Origin: a bacterium
GTDB taxonomy: Bacteria > Zhuqueibacterota > Zhuqueibacteria > Oceanimicrobiales > Oceanimicrobiaceae
Reading direction: 5' to 3'
NCBI GenBank assembly: GCA_037446635.1
Contig: JBBIIG010000001.1
Coordinates: forward strand, 42,707-53,537
DNA: 10,831 nt
Shown here: positions 7,060 through 10,831 of the stretch, in pieces
Layout of the letters: each line of letters starts with the position of its first letter
How positions within the stretch are numbered: the stretch's first letter is position 1
Notes under the pieces: generated by a model
The model's input: the letters and a program-made list of their open reading frames with translations, nothing else
Told to the model about the DNA's origin: nothing
Database searches by the model: none
Position numbers and translations under genes: made by a program

Positions 7060-7399
7060 TGAAAATTTGAGTCAAAGAATAGCACGTAATTTGAGGCTTC
7101 GCGGATATGATGTTGTTAGTTCTCACGAAGTCGGCATGGATGGTTTTGATGACAAAAGCCAGTTTGAATTTGCAATAAGCCAACAAAGGACTGTCTTAAC
7201 GAACAATTTCTCTGATTTCAAAATACTCCACGAGAACTTTCAAAAAGAGAACAAGCAACATTTCGGAATTATATTTACAACTCAAGAACTGAATGTTACG
7301 GTAGAACAAAGACTGCTGAGATTGCTTCAATCCCTCACTCAGAATGATCTGATAAATCGGCTAATCTGGCTGAATGATTTCAAGTTTTCGCCAGAGTAG
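7037..7399 (+). CDS. DUF5615 PIN-like putative toxin (VapC45/Mut7-C-like RNase)
   Basis: KLYLNENLS…LRLRGYDV…G…DDKSQFEFA…RTVLTNNFSDF…HFGII matches the DUF5615 pattern, and the ORF is paired with DUF433. Confidence 0.85.
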   Translation: MNIKLYLNENLSQRIARNLRLRGYDVVSSHEVGMDGFDDKSQFEFAISQQRTVLTNNFSDFKILHENFQKENKQHFGIIFTTQELNVTVEQRLLRLLQSLTQNDLINRLIWLNDFKFSPE

Positions 7400-7408
7400 T
7401 GATCACCC

Positions 7409-9208
7409 ATGTTCACCTCCATCCCAGAAAGCAAAATCTCCGAAATCCGCGACGCTACCGATGTCGTCGATCTGGTTTCCGGATACGTGACGCTGAAAAA
7501 GAGCGGGCGCAATTATTTTGGACTCTGTCCGTTTCACCCGGAAAAAACGCCGTCGTTCAGCGTCAATCCGGAGAAACAGATTTTCCACTGCTTCGGCTGC
7601 GGCGCCGGCGGCAACGTGTTCACGTTTCTCATGCGCCACGAGGGCATCAGCTTTCCGGAATCGGTAAAGTTTCTCGCCCAACGCGCGGGCATTCAATTAG
7701 AATTTGAAGAGCGCGACGAAACTTCGGCCAAAGAAAACGAAGCGCTCTATTACACCAACGAGTTCGCCGCAAAATTTTTTCAGGAGCAGCTTTTCTCACC
7801 TCACGGCAAAGTCGCGCTCACGTATCTTCGCGGCCGCGGTTTTGAAGAGGCCGACATTCGGACATTTGGTTTGGGGTATGCGCCGGCCGGCTGGGACAAT
7901 TTGATTCACCGGGCAAAGCAGCACTCTGTTAGCACCGAACAGCTTGTGCGCGCCGGCTTGATTTTGCAAAAAGAGGGCGGCGGTTATTACGATCGTTTCC
8001 GCGACCGCGTGATGTTCCCGATCTGGAATCTCTCCGGCCGCGTGGTGGCGTTTGGCGGCCGCAAAATCAGCGACGCGGACGATTCGCCGAAATACATCAA
8101 TTCCCCAGAAACTGTGGTGTATGAAAAAGGCAAATTACTGTACGGACTCTTCCAAAATCGCGATGAGATTCGCAGGCAGGACCGCGCCATCTTTGTCGAG
8201 GGCTACACCGATTTGATGAGCCTCGTCGCCGTCGGCGTCAAAAATGTGGTGGCGACACTAGGCACCGCGTTGACGGAAGATCACGCGCGGCTGATACATC
8301 GCTATACCAAAAATGTGGCGTTGATGTACGACAGCGACACCGCCGGTTCCGCGGCCACGTTGCGCGGCGCAGATATTCTATTGGCCGGGGGGCTGGAAGT
8401 TTTCGTTGCAAAATTGCCGGCCGGACATGATCCGGACAGCTTTGCCAAAAGCGCCGGCGCCGCCGGGGTGGCCGAGGTGGTGGAACACGCCGAAGGGCTG
8501 CTTGATTTCCGACTGCAACAGATTTTGAGCGCGCCTTCCGAGAAACGCACAGATTCCATCCGGGCATTGCTCGAATCGCTGGCAAGACTGCACGACAGTA
8601 TCAAACGGCGATTACTGCTTCGAAAAATCTCGGAGACTCTGGCCATTGAAGAGCGGATCTTGTGGGACGAGTTGCAGTACATGATTCGGCAGAAACGGAT
8701 GGCAACCCGCCGGCCTTCGGAAATGGCCCAGCGCTTGAACGAATTGGGACGTTCGGCGAAGAAATCGAAGAAAGAAGCCGCCATCGAGGATTTGCTGCGC
8801 ATTATGATTCGTGAGTGGGGCATGGCGGATTTCGTTTTCAGCAATTTGGAAATGGATGACATCCGCGACTCAAAATGGGAGCATATCCTCTCATTTTTGA
8901 ATCATGTTTTTAAGTCCGGTGGCAGCCCCACGGAAATGGATTTGATCAATCACTTCAATGATGTGGAGACTTCCGCTTTCATCGTGAAGGTTATCAATGA
9001 AGCATGGCAGGATTTAGATTTAGTGCGTTGGGCGGCGGATTGCATTGCTACGATCAAAGTCGAGAATCTGCAAGCCCAGCTTAACTCGATTCGCGAGGAA
9101 ATCCGCAAATCTTCAGATAGCAACCAGCTAAAAAGCTTACTACGCTACTGTAAGCAACTGGAAGAAGAAAAGAAAACCCTACTGCAAACCTTCCAAAATT
9201 TTAAGTAG
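7409..9208 (+). CDS. dnaG: DNA primase
   Basis: CHC2 zinc finger (CPFH…EKTPSF…FHCFGC), YDRFRDRVMFPI, GRVVAFGGR, PKYINSPET, Toprim motifs VEGYTD and YDSD, and a helical C-terminal DnaB-binding region. Confidence 0.98.
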   Translation: MFTSIPESKISEIRDATDVVDLVSGYVTLKKSGRNYFGLCPFHPEKTPSFSVNPEKQIFHCFGCGAGGNVFTFLMRHEGISFPESVKFLAQRAGIQLEFEERDETSAKENEALYYTNEFAAKFFQEQLFSPHGKVALTYLRGRGFEEADIRTFGLGYAPAGWDNLIHRAKQHSVSTEQLVRAGLILQKEGGGYYDRFRDRVMFPIWNLSGRVVAFGGRKISDADDSPKYINSPETVVYEKGKLLYGLFQNRDEIRRQDRAIFVEGYTDLMSLVAVGVKNVVATLGTALTEDHARLIHRYTKNVALMYDSDTAGSAATLRGADILLAGGLEVFVAKLPAGHDPDSFAKSAGAAGVAEVVEHAEGLLDFRLQQILSAPSEKRTDSIRALLESLARLHDSIKRRLLLRKISETLAIEERILWDELQYMIRQKRMATRRPSEMAQRLNELGRSAKKSKKEAAIEDLLRIMIREWGMADFVFSNLEMDDIRDSKWEHILSFLNHVFKSGGSPTEMDLINHFNDVETSAFIVKVINEAWQDLDLVRWAADCIATIKVENLQAQLNSIREEIRKSSDSNQLKSLLRYCKQLEEEKKTLLQTFQNFK

Positions 9209-9220
9209 CGCACATTTCTC

Positions 9221-9250
9221 TTGACAACGCGAGATGGTTTTTGTTATATT
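9221..9250 (+). promoter_or_regulatory. Sigma70 promoter of the LacI-family gene
   Basis: Consensus TTGACA (9221-9226), 18-nt spacer, TG-n-TATATT extended -10 (9242-9250). Confidence 0.7.
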
Positions 9251-9264
9251 CAAAGCGTTTCGAT
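9250..9264. promoter_or_regulatory. Candidate LacI-family operator 1
   Basis: TCAAAGCGTTTCGAT is a CG-centred pseudo-palindrome overlapping the predicted transcription start. It aligns with operator 2. Confidence 0.55.
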
Positions 9265-9324
9265 TCATTTTCTCATCTCAGCGCTTTTTGGAGCACACCG
9301 TAAGCTTGCAAACGCCGTAAAAAC

Positions 9325-9342
9325 TATTAAAACGTTTTGATA
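9325..9342. promoter_or_regulatory. Candidate LacI-family operator 2
   Basis: TATTAAAACGTTTTGATA is an 18-bp palindrome with one mismatched pair and an AAAA-CG-TTTT core typical of LacI/GalR operators. It lies just before the ATG at 9348. Confidence 0.65.
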
Positions 9343-9347
9343 CGGTC

Positions 9348-10379
9348 ATGTCTGTAACCATTAAAGACGTTGCTAAGAAAGCTGGTGTGTCGCTTTCCAC
9401 CGTTTCACTGGTAATCAATCGCAAAAGCCACATCGCTCCCGAAACTCGCAAACGGGTTGAAGATGCGATTGCCGAGTTGAATTATTATCCCAGCCGAACG
9501 GCGCGAGTGTTAGCCTCCAAGAAGACCTCCAATCTGGGTTTCATTTTAAGTGATGACCATTTTTCTCGCGCCGAGCCGTTCTACACTAAAGTTTTTTTAG
9601 GCGCCGAATTCGAGGCGCGGCAGTTTCATTATTACATCCTGCTCACTACCGTCCCCAAAAATTTTCGTGAGGGATCCCATATTCCGCGTTTTTTGTTGGA
9701 ACGAAACGTGGATGGCGTCATCATGGCCGGGCACGTGCCGCAGGCGCTGGTGGACTATGTCCAAAATTTGGAATTACCCATCATTTTCATCGATTATTCA
9801 CCGGGGCGCGGCAGATTCACTTCCGTGTTCATGGATAATGAGGGTGGCGCCTGTGCGGCTGTCAACCACTTGATTCAACTTGGGCACAAAGAAATTGCTT
9901 TTCTCGGCGGCGATAAATCTCATCCCAGCATGATTGGGCGCTTTCAGGGTTATCAACGCGCGCTACAGGAACATAACCTTCCACTCGTTCCGATTTTGGT
10001 TGAAGATGACGACCCCGAAACCACTTTGGAAAGCGGTTACTCTGCCGCGGAGCGGCTTTTTAAGCGCGGCGTGCAGCCAACCGCGATCTTCGCCTGCAAC
10101 GACGCCATGGCAACCGGGTGCATGAAATATCTGAAAGAAAATAACCTCAAAATTCCAGAGGATATCTCCATTGTCGGCTTTGATGATATTGAACAGGACG
10201 TTCTGCTCGACCCGCCGCTTACAACCATACGCGTGCAAAAAGAGGAGATGGGCGCGGTGGCCTTGCGGCGAATGGTGGAAATGCTGGAAAAGAAGAGCAG
10301 CTTAATTGGGCAAGTCCTGGTGCCAGTGGAACTGGTGGTGAGGAAATCGACCGCTAGGGCGGCCGGCGACAGATCTTAA
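9348..10379 (+). CDS. LacI/GalR family transcriptional regulator
   Basis: N-terminal HTH (VTIKDVAKKAGVSLSTVSLVIN), hinge helix (YYPSRTARVLA) and a periplasmic-binding-protein-like sugar domain (PTAIFACND…IPEDISIVGFDD…PPLTTI). Confidence 0.97.
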   Translation: MSVTIKDVAKKAGVSLSTVSLVINRKSHIAPETRKRVEDAIAELNYYPSRTARVLASKKTSNLGFILSDDHFSRAEPFYTKVFLGAEFEARQFHYYILLTTVPKNFREGSHIPRFLLERNVDGVIMAGHVPQALVDYVQNLELPIIFIDYSPGRGRFTSVFMDNEGGACAAVNHLIQLGHKEIAFLGGDKSHPSMIGRFQGYQRALQEHNLPLVPILVEDDDPETTLESGYSAAERLFKRGVQPTAIFACNDAMATGCMKYLKENNLKIPEDISIVGFDDIEQDVLLDPPLTTIRVQKEEMGAVALRRMVEMLEKKSSLIGQVLVPVELVVRKSTARAAGDRS

Positions 10380-10623
10380 TTCATTAAGCCTTTCAGTTCA
10401 TCCCAAGAACAAGCGAACCGCGGTAGTGAAATATCAAGTGGTGCCCGACACCTAATTTTAATTCGGAACGCTTGGTAAAACTCTCGAATGCGGGGCGTTC
10501 CAAATAAGAGAGACAAACCCAAATTTCGCGAAGGGAGGTGAGAACTGGCGTTATTCTCTGACAGATTAGTTGCTCTTTTTAATCCACCTTTTCTTTTTTA
10601 AAACTAAAAGAAAGGAGATGCTG

Positions 10624-10831
10624 ATGAGCTGGCGAATTACACAGATTGCCTGCCTGCCCGTTGCTGCGGGCTTGAGCAAAAAGGCATGTCTCGCGTTTTT
10701 TGCAACGCTGTTTTGGTTGGGCCTGCCGTTGATGGCAACGGCCGGAGATGTATTCCCGCAAGGGGGATTTGAAACCGCCGATCGTCCGCACCTGTGGACG
10801 CGGATAACGACGGGCACGACCACGGCGCAGG
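10624..10831 (+). CDS. 5' end of a secreted protein, probably starting with a CBM4/9-like carbohydrate-binding domain (runs off the window)
   Basis: RBS AAGGAG at 10612-10617. Manual translation: MSWRITQIACLPVAAGLSKKACLAFFATLFWLGLPLMATA|GDVFPQGGFETADRPHLWTRITTGTTTAQ. It has a Sec signal ending in A-T-A, then 'xxGGFE…W' as in CBM4/9 N-termini. The frame is open to the window end. Confidence 0.7.
   Translation, partial: MSWRITQIACLPVAAGLSKKACLAFFATLFWLGLPLMATAGDVFPQGGFETADRPHLWTRITTGTTTAQ

Noticed and set aside
662..10238. Numerous overlapping or antisense ORFs in the track (e.g. 662..1138, 1324..1662, 3089..3760, 3147..3989, 4931..5407, 7399..7707, 8302..8862, 9963..10238)
   Set aside because: They are shadow frames of well-supported genes, with Arg/His-rich or otherwise atypical composition and no motifs.
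10405..10560. c-di-GMP-I or other known riboswitch in the leader
   Set aside because: Only superficial resemblance (GACAAACCC…GGG). The GNRA loop/receptor and conserved junction nucleotides could not be placed. An Infernal search would be decisive.
10566..10823. Minus-strand ORFs 10566..10823 and 10579..10791
   Set aside because: They are antisense to a plus-strand frame that has a strong RBS and a clear signal peptide.

Overview
Bacterial chromosomal window. Protein style and intergenic repeats suggest an FCB-group lineage such as KSB1, Calditrichota or Ignavibacteria; this is inference only. The left edge holds the start of a divergent minus-strand gene (probable Hanks-type Ser/Thr kinase), a possible transposase remnant, a 49-aa ribbon-helix-helix-like ORF absent from the ORF track, and a perfect 38-bp double palindrome. 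A long plus-strand run follows: vWA/MIDAS protein, ThuA-like putative lipoprotein, ChlI/MoxR-like AAA+ ATPase, GAF-HD-GYP phosphodiesterase, metallophosphoesterase, an AT-rich DUF433/DUF5615 (PIN-like) toxin-antitoxin pair, dnaG, a LacI regulator with a clear promoter and two candidate operators, a structured intergenic leader, and the start of a secreted, probably carbohydrate-binding protein. Three signals stand out. (i) Several spacers each carry a different short-period (7-9 nt) inverted-repeat element. (ii) The orphan vWA plus AAA+ chelatase-like pair is split by a ThuA gene and lies next to two binuclear metallo-hydrolases. (iii) A TA module with its own candidate promoter sits 9 nt upstream of the essential primase gene.
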